A DNA stretch of 64,000 bases from Heptranchias perlo (taxonomy: Eukaryota). Location of the stretch: positions 48,546,001-48,610,000 of the forward strand of contig NC_090346.1 of the NCBI RefSeq assembly GCF_035084215.1, in the 5' to 3' direction. The translations under genes were made by a program, and so were the position numbers. A model generated the notes under the pieces. It had not been told where the DNA came from. It made no database searches and saw only the letters and a list, made by a program, of their open reading frames with translations. How positions within the stretch are numbered: the first letter of the stretch is position 1; each line of letters opens with the position of its first letter. Below are positions 25,317-37,465 of the stretch, piece by piece.

Positions 25317-25463
25317 CAATGACGTAAATCTTTCCTTGGAGGACACAGGCAGCAGACCCTGAGCGCGGTATCTGCATGGGAGCCACCTCAGACCAGGCGT
25401 TAGCTTTAGGATTGTATACCTGAACCAGGTCCATCCCATCACCGTCCTCCAGCACAGCTCCTC
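25317..25463 (-). CDS. Kelch-like gene coding exon 6 (GAVLEDGDGMDLVQVYNPKANAWSEVAPMQIPRSGSAACVLQGKIYVIG)
   Basis: 147-nt phase-1 exon read by hand (not in the ORF track in this frame); ttgcag acceptor, gtaaga donor. Confidence 0.92.
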
Positions 25464-26324
25464 CTGCAAAGTCAAACCTTAAAATTAGCGTTACAGGTCA
25501 CCTACTTCTAAAAAGAAAATTCATTGCATAAAGCACTTTGGAGAGGCATTTATAAAGGCCACTTCTACAAATTTGAATAATTTTTGCCATTTTTCTCATC
25601 CCCCGACCCCCAACAACCTCTAAGGCGGGCTGGTTGGTGCCATTCACCACTGTAGGCACTGATGCTATTCCTGCGTCATCCATTAGTGGTGCTCTAGAGC
25701 ATTCCCTCGCTCCACAGCCTCAGCCTCCAATGGCTGCTCAATGCTAAAGTCGACAACTTGGCCAAGATCAGCAACTCAATTCCATTAGGAGAATGAGAGC
25801 TCAAATGTGTCCTTGTCTGTTGACCAAGGGCATAAATGCAACCGGAAGACCACGGGCAGATGGAAACATCAAACATAAGATGCCGGATGTCCAAGCTCCC
25901 CCATGTTGTCGCTTTGCATTCAACTCTCCACACTATCTCCACTCTGTCCAGAAGGGGCAAAACTTGATCAACAACTTAACAATAACCAACACTAGTCAAC
26001 CGCAAAAAAAGGGATGAGCCAGGAAATTGGTCCTTCTGGTCCCCTGACGGAATTCACCCCAAACATCCTCCAATCAGAAGAGAGAAACAGTAGATTACGT
26101 TTGTGGGATCTTGTGTGTAAATTGGCTGCTGCATTTCCTACATTACAACGGTGACTGTACTTCAAAAGTATTTCATTGGCTACTAAGTGCATTGAGATGT
26201 CCTGAGGTCATGAAAGGCACTATATAAATCAGAGTCTTTCTTTTAACTACCTCACAACGCAGTTATATTTATCACTGCTGAGTCAAACAGGTGGCCGGGA
26301 TTATTTTGCTATCTTTATCTTTAC

Positions 26325-26501
26325 CTGCTACATACAACAGTCCATGGAGAGCCACCACAGCCGGGCTAGTCACTGCCATTTTCATGGATTCCAAGAAGTG
26401 CCAGGTGTTTGTTTGTGGATTGTAACACTCCACAGAATCCAGTCTGGATGAGCCTTCCCATCCTCCGACAGCAAAAACAAAGCCATCCAACATGGCAAGG
26501 C
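26325..26501 (-). CDS. Kelch-like gene coding exon 5 (LAMLDGFVFAVGGWEGSSRLDSVECYNP...LYVAG)
   Basis: 177-nt phase-1 exon, kelch repeat. Confidence 0.93.
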
Positions 26502-26668
26502 CTGCCAGAGGGGGAAAAGATAATCAGTGCAATTCCTCGTACCAAACAGGGCGCTGTACAAACTGCGCAAGCTTTATTACCAACGGAAGTACACTGACTG
26601 ATATTGTTGGTTTATACACTGGACTCTCACCTCCATTAGCTAGGTTCAAAACTAGCCCAGCTGGGTAT

Positions 26669-27060
26669 GGTAGCATAGTATATTACTGGACTAGTAATCT
26701 AGAGAGTGTGTGAATTCAAATCCCATCGTAGCAGTTTGAGAATGTAAATTTGTTTTTATAAAAATATCTGGAAATAAAAAAAACTGATATCAGTAAGTGA
26801 CCATGAAGCTGTCGGATTGTCGTAAAATCCCAACTGGTTCACTAATGTCCTTTAAAGAAAGAAACTTGCCGTCCTTACTTGGCCTATATGTAACTCCAGT
26901 CCCACACCAACGTGGCTGACTCTTAACTGCCCTCTGAAGTGGCCCAGCAAGTATCTCAGTTGTATCAAACCCACTACCAGCAGTTTAAGGCAGCGGCCCA
27001 CCACCACCTTCTCAGGGCATCTAGGGATGGGTCAATAAGCAATGCCTAAATCTTGGGAAT
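26669..27060 (+). mobile_element. tRNA-headed SINE sharing both the 5' region and 3' tail with LINE family A
   Basis: Collinear with 19712-20035, then joins CCACCACCACCTTCTCAGGGCA..GGGATGGG of the LINE tail. Confidence 0.8.
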
Positions 27061-28808
27061 TAATTTTAAAAAGCCCAATAGAATGAAAGTCTCCCAAGGG
27101 TAGCTGGCCACGAGGATCCGACATTAAAGGGAGTTTGTGCAGTCACAGCCCAGTGGCCCAAAGTGCAAACCTAGAATGAGTTGGCAAACCAGAGAGGCCA
27201 AGGCACTGCAGATGTGGAAATGGCAATGTTGCAGCAGGGGTGTTCATGAGGCATAGTACAGGGAGCTTTATTCCATTTAGTTGCACCACACTCGTAAGTG
27301 CGAGTGATCAATGCACAACTAAAATACAAAGCGTTCTATTCTCCAGCCCAAACATAACCTCACCTCGACCCTAAAGTTCTTGCAAGCATAACAAAAACAA
27401 ATGGGGATGAGATTAAGTGGACAGCTGTTTCAGAGAACCAGAATAGGCTTGATGGGCCCAATGCCCTGTAAAATTCTATGATTCTATTTCAGGTAGAGGC
27501 CGAGCACTGGGTTTACAGCTCCTGGAAAATTTATTCAAAACTACTTTTTTTTTTTGAAAAAGAAAAGGCATTTGTTACTAAAATCTGCTCTCAATATTTC
27601 CTCTGGTTCAGTCTCACTATTGTGAACAGGTTTGAGGTCAGTGGGCCAAGGTTTGCAAAGGTCCGTTTGTTGTCTCACTGGTGCATTAATCCCAAAATCA
27701 GAACATCCAGATCTGTCAGTATCAGCAACTTGAGGTGTGTGCAAATACACAGTAGCACAGATTTAAACTGGAGTCTTCCCCTGCCCAAGACTCTAAGTGA
27801 AACACAGACAAAGAACTTGGAGACAACCTGTGCAATGAGCTAGTGTCGCGGTACCCGTTTTCCACCAACGAAGGGAGCTCTGTCCTCAGACACCATCGGA
27901 GCCGATCTTGTAACACGTCTAAAGATCAAATCACGTTCTGGGGAAACCCCAGCAAGAGAATAATTGCTCACTGTAGAAACCAGCTTGCATTGGTTGTTGA
28001 GAATTTAGCTTCATTGACCTGTAGGTTGCCCATCACACCACATGCTGGCTCTCTCAAAGAGTTAACCCCATTCCCCCGCACTCTCCGTGGCCTTAAAGTT
28101 TTTCTAAATTCAAATATTTATCCACTTTCCTTTTAAAAGCTATTGTGGATTCTGCTTCCGCCACTGTTTCTGCTGGGACATCAGCCAGCTATCATCAGAG
28201 CCCGTGACTGTCCTCCTCACCTCTAACGTGGGGACATGAACCCACATTAGAGGGACTGTCCACGGTCGCTCTTTCATTGACCTGTTCTGTACTCCGGCTC
28301 CGTCACCCCTTGCAGATTCGTGGAGGCCGCTGTCTAATTCAAGGATTAGCTCATCCACCTTTTGATGGCATTTCCTCTATCCAGTCGAAGCCATGGGCAC
28401 TCTGGAGGTCACCGGGTCACTTAACCCCCGCCTGGCACCCAGTGTTCGCAGGTAGCACTGTCTAGGCTCATTAATCGGTAACTGGTTTTAAAGACCTGAC
28501 CCAGTCACCTTGGTACCACATCCACGTCCTAAAGATCCCTGGTGTCTACAATCATTCCCAACCTCTGGCCTTCGCTCGCGAGGCTACTGCCCTCATCTCA
28601 GATGTTTATCCATGCCTGTCCTGCAGGAGGCACCATTCAGCTCACACTAGATGTACACACACGATGGAAAAAAGCTGGAGTATTGAGCAGTCCTGGGAAT
28701 CAATTCGTTTTCTGGGTGGGAATCCAAGCCAGGGAACTTTAAAAGTTTTAAGAAATACTATAATGTGCCCTAAAGAGGGATACAGTGATTTTTGATAAAC
28801 GTGATTAC

Positions 28809-28937
28809 CTAGTTCAGAACGTGCCACGTTCATTGGTGCCATCTCATGCCACATATCAAAACACGGGTCATAGCGCCACATCTCTTTGCTCGCAGAACCA
28901 TCAGGAAACTCCCCTCCGGCCAAGTAAAGGGTAGAAC
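28809..28937 (-). CDS. Kelch-like gene coding exon 4 (STLYLAGGEFPDGSASKEMWRYDPCFDMWHEMAPMNVARSEL)
   Basis: 129-nt phase-1 exon, kelch repeat. Confidence 0.93.
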
Positions 28938-30409
28938 CTAAGCAAGGGAATTGACTGTTATTGTCCAATTACCCAGCATTTCAGACAATGTCACCCAGTG
29001 ACCCCCTGCTACCCAACGACCCCTACTCCCCAATGACCCAGCATTTCAGACAATGACATCCAGCTACCCCTCTCGGGATAAACTTACAGGCCCAAGCAAG
29101 CCTTGTGGTAATTACATAGCAAGTTCCAAAAAAGGTGTTGGAAAATGCCATATTGTGGTCAGGGGTCAGCACGTCTCCTGAAGCTGCTCTCACCACGAGT
29201 GTTGGATCTGTGCTTCGCTCTAAACATTTCACTTGTGTTCATGACAAAAAGGGGCAGTTTCTATAGCGAGAAGTTTCCTGAGAACCGAAACCTACAGCCT
29301 TTATGGGACACCATACCACAAGTTAACAATTACCCTTTAGTTATAGCATAATGTTCTGGAAACCACACGAGAGTGCTATCAACTGAACTAAGCTGGCAAT
29401 GGATGATATAGGATTATAAGCCTGCAGATTTTCAGTATCTGAGGAGGCATAATAAGGCAACTAACTTCACAACTCTGTTTCACAACAGCCCAGTACTTGA
29501 GTACATCAACAGGATGCACCAATTAAAAACAAGTCAATTTGCTTTCCTCGTTTACCGAGGTTCTATCCTCACTCTCTAGTACTTTGCTAAGTGACTATTC
29601 TTCATGTGTGAGCCAAGGTGAGTATTACAGGATACCTGACTGTGGGGGTAGAGGGTGAGGAAGGGGTGGAGAGTCTCCGTTCCAGATTGCGCCCCTGGTT
29701 TTATATGGAAGTGTCTTTAGAGAATCGACGCGCACATGCCATTCCAAAATATTAAGTGAACAGGAATGTGAGCAGCTGTTTTATTAAGCCTGCCCTCAAT
29801 TTAACATCTGTCACTTAGTTTTTATTGGCCCATTTCATCCATTCTTTCCTCTACAGTATCTATAAATAGATCCAATTATTTAACAGACTGAGCGGAAAGC
29901 AGAGACTACAGATTAAAAATGCTCAGGGACATCCTTCAAACTTAAATACTCAATGATTTACAGTTAGGAGGCTCATGTTTGTCAGAACTAAAAACAATGG
30001 GAAGGCAAATAAAGGCTTCAAGCTCCCGGTGACACTTTGCAGCAGGAATAATCTTTTAAGAATGGACGTGTGGGACCATACCCCAAAACAAGGTGCAGTC
30101 CACAGGACAAGAGGGGAGAAAGAGAACACTTGGGGTGGGAAGAGCAGTGACTATTTTTCTTCTGCATGAATTTGACAAACAAACAATGACTTTCACAATT
30201 ACATCGAAGTTGTCCATTTAATATGGTGCCTATCTTGACCCCATATCTATATAACATCATTGTAGAGGGCATCAACTCCCTCAGCGTCCTTTAAAAGGTG
30301 CGCTGAAACCCCAAGACAAAACAAACATTCAAAACTCATCTTGACTGAACATACACACACTTACTGTGAAAAAGACACTGTTGTGGGTAACGGTGCACGT
30401 CAACCATAC

Positions 30410-30556
30410 CTGATGCGACCAGTCCGTGTTTACTAACAGCAAATGGCAAACAGGCAAGGCACTTCCACTGACGGCCGACGGGATCGAAACTTTCCACACT
30501 GCGGAGAACCACTTTGTCATCTTCCCCTCCAACCGCAATTATCACTTCAGTTGTAC
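30410..30556 (-). CDS. Kelch-like gene coding exon 3 (kelch repeat 1, EVIIAVGGEDDKVVLRSVESFDP)
   Basis: 147-nt phase-1 exon with the GG..F..W kelch pattern. Confidence 0.93.
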
Positions 30557-30621
30557 CTGGAACAGAAAATGGCAGGTGCCATTCTGTGAAGCTTGAAAGT
30601 TCAACCTCCTACAGCTGGTAG

Positions 30622-31062
30622 GAAAGAACTTGCATTTATGTAGCACCTTTCACGACCACAGGATGTCACAAAACACTTCACAGCCAATTAAGTACTTTTT
30701 TTGAAGTGTAGTCACCGTTGTAATGTAGGAAATACAGCAGCCAATTTGCGCACAGCAAGATCCCACAAACGGCAATGTGATAATAACCAGGTAATCTGCT
30801 TTAGTGATGTTGATTGAGGGATAAATATTGGCCAGAACACCAGGGAGAACTCCCCTGCTCTTCTTCAAAATAGTGGCTGTGGGATCTTTTACGTCCACTT
30901 GAGGGGGCAAACAGGGCCACAGTTTAAAGTCTCATCTGAACAATGGCACCTCCGACAGTGCAGCCGGGAGCGTCAGCCTAGATTATGTGCTCAAGTCTCG
31001 AGTGGGACTTGAGCCCACGACCTTTTGACTCAGAGGCGAGAGTTCTACCCACAGACACGGCT
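30622..31062 (-). mobile_element. Deu-domain SINE
   Basis: Similar to 2295-2760. Confidence 0.8.
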
Positions 31063-32202
31063 GGTACGTTCCCTTTCACTGAGGTTTATCCGTATATATC
31101 AAGATGCGTTCACTGTCAAAATGGGGAGGGCAAGGGGGGAAAAAAAAAGATTAAGAGACAAATACAAGGAGTGTCCATTAACACTCTTCCCCACACAGCA
31201 CAAGTACCACAGACCATTCCAGGCTGCATGGGAAGGCAGTCAGTGCTTGTAAGAGGGGACACACACAGGATGGATGTGAATCCTCCTGCATAATTCACAC
31301 AGTGCTGACAAGTACATTTGGGCCAGTTACTTGGTGTTTATTTTAAGAACTGATGCACCAAATTGGACACACTTTGACCATCGCACAGATAGGCTCTACA
31401 TCTGATGAGTTGAAGGACAGCGGGTTGTAAATTTAACTTTGACATCCAGGAGCTTACAATTTATCTATCTTTGGCCTGGGCAGGGTAAATCGCATAGGAG
31501 TCTCAAGTTTGCACCCAAGGTGCTCATCTCCCTCAGAAGAAACACAGTAACACAGGAAGAAACCACAATTACAAACTGTAACCTGCTCAGTCAGAGGGAG
31601 CGGCCTGGTTATGCCCAGCAGATACCATTTGTTCCGTACTTTGAGTTCTCGTGTCGGGCAATACAAAAGAGGTCAAAATACTTGGGTGGGGGTGTTCAAG
31701 GAAGGAGGCAGCAGAAAAAAAAAGTTATCTAGATGCAGAAAAAAAAAGTTTTCTAGAATAAAACATTTAAAAAGGGCAAGAAAAATGTTCGATAATAACT
31801 CAGCTACGTTTTAAAAATTCCATTAGTCTCTGGATCGTGAACGCACCACAGTGATTTCTATGGCAACACCTCAGCATAACACGTACCTTCTCACAGCCAC
31901 TATTTCAAAGAAGAGCACGGGAATTCTCCCCGGTGTCCTGGGCCAATATTTGTCTCTCAACCAACATCACAAAGAACAGATCATCTGGTCACTTATCACA
32001 TTGTTGTTTGTGGAATCTTGCTGGGCACAAATTGGCTGCCACATTTCCCTACATTACAACAGTGATTATACTTCAAAAGTACTTCTTTGGCTGTAAAGTT
32101 CTTTGGGATATCCCAAGGTCGTGAAAGGCACTACAGAAATGCAAGTCTTCCTTAAATAAGCATCAGGTGACAGAAACATGGTCTGATAGCTGCTGTACTC
32201 AC

Positions 32203-32389
32203 CAGTCGACCGGCGAGGGCGGGTTCGGGAGCTGAAGAGTTCCCCTCGTCTGTCTTGTAACAAGAGGTAGTCCTTGGCTTCGGAAATCAATCGCTGGCAA
32301 GGAAGAGACTCCTGGATGATGCTCTGTGACTCGATGATGTCATGGATGTAATAAGGACTAATTAAGGGCAGTCGAATGTGCTCCAAAAT
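32203..32389 (-). CDS. Kelch-like gene coding exon 2 (ILEHIRLPLISP...RTRPRRSTG)
   Basis: 187-nt AG/GT exon; end of BACK and the RTRPR linker. Confidence 0.93.
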
Positions 32390-34214
32390 CTGAAAGGAGT
32401 TTTTTTTTAAAAAAAGAAAAAAAAGTTACTGCAGTTTCCTATACAAATAAACAAAATCCCAGGCCAAATTGGCACTGAACACACTCCCCATTGCTAGCTT
32501 GAAAGTGGTGGATCAAGTTTGTTGGAAAAAAAATGATACAACAAACAGCTAAAATGGCTGTAACAGGCCGAGAGGGGTTCCAGTGCCAACTCTGGAGGAG
32601 GTAAGAGCAGCAGGCAGTGTTACTCATTGATTTCAATGGAATGAGGGTGTGATATTACCAAAATCAACAATTTTAAATCCATCAGTTGCTACATGATGAT
32701 CAGTCAGGCTGCCAGGTGTACAATTTAAAATTGGGTAATGAAAAATTGCTGGACTGAGAATTTCTGAAGCATTGACCATCTCCATTACAATTTCAAAATC
32801 CTGTAATTTACTGGGTTCTCTTAATGTCACTTAGAAACACGATGCCTGATGTGCTGGTGGTGACTACCTCACTATCTGCCTCAGTGATCTGATACGGTGA
32901 TCAGATTGTCACAATATCTGATACTATCACCATTTCCTTCTGTTGAGGGGTGAGAGAACACTGACTGATGTATTGGAGGGGACGTGGAAGGAAAGTGATG
33001 GGAGGAAAGAACCTAGTAAATTAAAAGAGGATTTAGAAATTGTACTAAAAACCACAGACACTGGAGATTCCTCTGTTATGAAATACAAGCCCAGACATTA
33101 ATGTCGAAGAGACATAGAAGTACATTAGAACTGGTCACAAGAATGATTCCCAGCTTAAAACCCCTTGGTTACTCAGAGAGGTTTAACAATTTGGTTCTTT
33201 TCATTTTAGAGATGTGTAGATTCCCAGGTGATTTGACGGATATATAAAACAGTTAAAGGGCTAGACTGCGTTCTTATTGATAGGATAGGTGAAAACCAGA
33301 GGACATGTGTGCAAGTAATGCATGGGTAGGGCTAGGTTAGATATCAGGCAATTATTCTTTTTCCAGATTTTCGTATGCCTATTTTTAAATAGGATTTTTA
33401 AAAACATTTTGCACACATGAAACAAAAGCTTTTGAACAATAAACTTGTTGAAATCCAAAACTATGCAATCTCTTATCACAAAGAGAGATTTGCCATTTAT
33501 GAAAGATGCAATCATTTGTAACTTTTTATTTTGTTTTTACAGGACTCATGGATACTGGTAATTTAGTCAGAGTTTGAATGCTTTGATGCGGAAACATTAT
33601 TAAGTTGTATGTCAGCACAATCCAGCTGCACATAGGCTAATAGTCAATTAACTCTCCTCTGGTAATTTGATTAGTCTACCTGCAAACTGATTACACTAGT
33701 GTACAGGTTTATACTTTGAAGCCATCGGGTCTGTAACCCAACACAGGCCCGAGCTGTAACAAAAGTGAACAGTTTTAAAGTTAGAGCACGATTTGAAGGC
33801 GTTCAGCAACTTAAATCACAGCAACAACTCTCCGCAAGATTCTTCTTTTACATCCATCCTCTTCCGAGACGTCTGCCATGTTGAAACGTTTAAAAGGATT
33901 ACTATAGAAATCACGAACACAGGAGGAGGGTCACACTTAGTCTATTGTGCCCCAGTGGATCGAGTAACCTTTAATATTTAAACACCACATTTAATAAATT
34001 TAAGGCTGGGATCACCATCAGTTGCGGCTTCAGCACACTGTATATTTATTAGAGTAAAATCTACTCAACTGATGCACAACTGCAAAGAAAAGTTGCCACT
34101 GATAAAAGGAATAACAGGCTGCGATACTCGGCACCCACCCCACGCACTGAAGGTCAGACAGCAAGTAGGCCACACACAGTTCAGCTGCACAGATTATAGC
34201 CTGCAATAGGTTTT

Positions 34215-34810
34215 TTAAAAAATTTGTTCATGGGATGTGGGCGTCACTGGCGAGGCCAGCATTTATTGCCCATCCCTAATTGCCCTCGAGAAGGTGGTGG
34301 TGAGCCGCCTTCTTGAATCGCTGCATTCCGTGTGGTGAAGGTTCTCCCACAGTGCTGTTAGGAAGGGAGTTCCAGGATTTTGACCCAGCGACGATGAAGG
34401 AACAGCGATATATTTCCAAGTCGGGATGGTGTGCGACTTGGAGGGGAACGTGCAGGTGGTGTTGTTCCCATGTGCCTGCTGCCTTTGTTCTTCCAGGTGG
34501 TAGAGGTCGCGGGTTTGGGAGGTGCTGTCGAAGAAGCCTTGGCGAGTTGCTGCAGTGCATCCTGTGGATGGTACACACTGCAGCCACAGTGTGCCGGTGG
34601 TGAAGGGAGTGAATGTTTAGGGTGGTGGATGGGGTGCCAATCAAGCGGGCTGCTTTATCTTGGATGGTGTCGAGCTTCTTGAGTGTTGTTGGAGCTGCAC
34701 TCATCCAGGCAAGTGGAGAGTATTCCATCACATTCCTGACTTGTGCCTTGTTGATGGTGGAAAGGCTTTGGGGAGTCAGGAGGCGAGTCACTCGCTGCAG
34801 AATACCCAGG
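34215..34810 (-). mobile_element. 5'-truncated LINE family A copy
   Basis: ORF 34276-34818 matches the RT C-terminal region; family A tail. Confidence 0.9.
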
Positions 34811-34979
34811 TGCCACATTTACTCTATTATTCAACGAGGTCAACTCATGAACACGCTGGCTGTTCAACTGATACACGCTTCATGTCTTCAACCACGTTTT
34901 ACCGTGCACACATCAGGATATTACACAAATGCACCCATGTGGAGGGAAAGTTACATTCACTGGGAAGGTTTTCGATATT

Positions 34980-35420
34980 TGTTCTCTGACGTGGGCAGCA
35001 CTGGCAAGGCCGTATTTACTGCCCAGCCCTAGGTGCCCTGAAGGTGGTGGTTGTGGGATATCTTTTGTAACGATTGCTTTACAACCTGGTGGTTTGCTAG
35101 GCCACTTTAGAGGGCACCAAGCATCACATTGGACTGGAGTCACGTATAGGCTAGGCCGGGTAAGGGTGGCAGATTCTCTTCCCTAAAGGGCATCTGTAAA
35201 CAATTTTACAACACCAAGTTATAGTCCAGCAATTTTATTTTAAATTCACAAGCTTTCGGAGGCTACCTCCTTCCTCAGGTGAACGATGTGGAAAACATCT
35301 TCCCTAAAGGGCATCAGTGAACCAGTTGGGTTTTTACGACAATCCAACAGCTTCATGGTCCTTTTTTTTTTGCTGGTTCCAGCCCACAAGTTACCAGATT
35401 TATTGGATTAAATTTCAACC
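34980..35420 (-). mobile_element. Second family-A-related SINE, interrupted by a Penelope-like fragment (35195-35297)
   Basis: Reverse complement of the 26669-27060 structure; 18-bp direct repeat TCTTCCCTAAAGGGCATC at 35177 and 35298. Confidence 0.75.
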
Positions 35421-36146
35421 TATTTGAAGTATCACACAATCGATTGCAGCATGGCACAATATATTTGTGGCCTGACAACCTTCAGCTAGTGTGAATAGCT
35501 TATAACCTGACATTTGAAGAAAAACAGTTCAAAGCGAATCCTAAGAAGAGATTTCTGCAGATGTCCGCGGGAACCTGGAAACGCACTGCACTAAGGCACG
35601 AGATCGATGAAAGGGCAGGCAACTGAGATTAAAAAACTGACAGAACTAGTGAAATGGCAGAGCAGGATCAATGAACTTTTCCTGCTGTTGGAAGTTAATC
35701 TACAAACAACTCATTCTACGGGATCAAAATACTGAAATATGACATTTCCAGCACCGTGAATGGCACAGAATTAATTTAATTTACAGCACAGAATCAGGCC
35801 ATTTGGCCCAACCAGTCCGTGTTGGTATTTATCCTCCACTTGAGCAGTAATCCTGGGCCCGTGTTCTCTCATCCCTTTATTCCCCTTTTCCTTCAATCAC
35901 CTATCTAACCTATTAAACGCTGACATGGTCTCTGCTTCAATCACTAACTCCACATTGCACAGACTCACAACCTTCTTTATAAAAAGTTTCTCCTGCTCTC
36001 TGTCCTAAATCTTTTACATTTAATCTTGTATCCATGCCCCCTCAACCACTGTTTCTATTGACCCCGGCCCAACTCTCTGTAAATTTGAAATACCTCTATT
36101 GAGTTACCAGATGTGAAGAGAGCAGAACACAAGAACATCCTTTTAC

Positions 36147-36830
36147 CTTCTCAAAGTTCTGTTTTCTCGACTGATCCTTTTCCAACCAGAGCATGACAGC
36201 CTCGAAGACCATTTCCTCCGTCGTGATGCTCAGGTCATCGCTGGCAATAATCTCTGTCAGCTTCTCCGCAGAGAGCGAGAGGAACTCCTCCTGCGCGTGA
36301 ACCACACTGAAATGATGCAGGATGTAATCCAGGCTCTTGGTCTGCAGCTCCACGCAGGAATGGGCCTCTGCGAAGCAGTGGATGCCCACGCAGTTGGTTT
36401 CGTCCATTTGCCTCTCCATGAACTTGCAGCACGCTTCACGCACAGGCATGACATCCAACAGGTTGGCAGCTGCCAGCAGCGCCTGGACGTTGGCTCTGGT
36501 GACCAGCACGCGGGCAGTGTAGGAGTAGGACACCAACAGTCCCACCATCTGCGGCTCCACGCCGTTTATGGCCACCCGCTCCTGCCGGGACTCCACCAGG
36601 TCCGTGGAAAACATGGCCCGAAAGTAGGAGCTGAAGGAGGCGAGGACAATGCGATGGCACGGGAATTCCTGACCATCGCAGCACAAAATAACGTCGCAGA
36701 AAGCATTGTTCAATCGGAGGCTGTTGAGTCCGTCCAGAACCTTGCCAGAATGCTCTGATTCGAGAAACATGTAGTCCTCACAATCCAAGTGGTTACCAGT
36801 GTCCTCAGTGACCAAGTCCATATTATCCAT
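36147..36830 (-). CDS. Kelch-like (BTB-BACK-Kelch) protein, first coding exon (BTB + BACK)
   Basis: FCDVILCCDGQEFPCHRIVLASFSSYFRAMF BTB motif; NCVGIHCFAEAH and EEMVFEAVMLW BACK motifs; acceptor at 36845, donor gtaaaa at 36146. Confidence 0.93.
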
Positions 36831-37074
36831 CTCCCAAAAATATCCCTGTCGAATCAAACGGGAAACATTAATATATAAAAAGATGACAGATCTCCCTGTG
36901 GCAATGCTCACTAAGCTGGAGGATACGGTGTTAACACATCACAGACTCTTACAGCACAGACGGAGGCCGTTTGGCCCATCGTGCCCGACCTTTGAAAGAG
37001 CGCGCGTTTCATGTGATGCACAATGCATTATTCTAAGGGGTGACTGCATAACCTGGCATAAAACCTGAACTCAC

Positions 37075-37465
37075 TGGTAGCCCTCTTGCCTCAGAGTCAG
37101 AAAATCGTGGGTTCAAACCGCGCTCCAGGGCACACAATCCAGGCTGACACTCCAGTTCAGTACTGAGGGAGTGCTGCACTGTCGGAGATGCCGTCTTTCA
37201 GATGAGACGTTAAACCGAGGACCTGTCTTCCCTCTCAGGTGGGTGTAAAAAATCCTATGGCACTATTCAAAGAAGAGCAGGAGAGTTCACTACGATGTCC
37301 AGGCCAATATTTATCCCTCAACCAACATCACAAACAAATTATCTGACCATTATCTCATGGCTGTTTGGGCGCAAATTGGCTGCCATGTTAAAAGTACTTC
37401 ATTGGCTGTAAAGTTCTCCAGGTCATCCAGAGGTCGTGAAAGGCGTTATAAGTGCAAGTTTATTT
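37075..37465 (+). mobile_element. Deu-domain SINE
   Basis: tRNA B box GGTTCAAAC plus Deu core. Confidence 0.8.
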
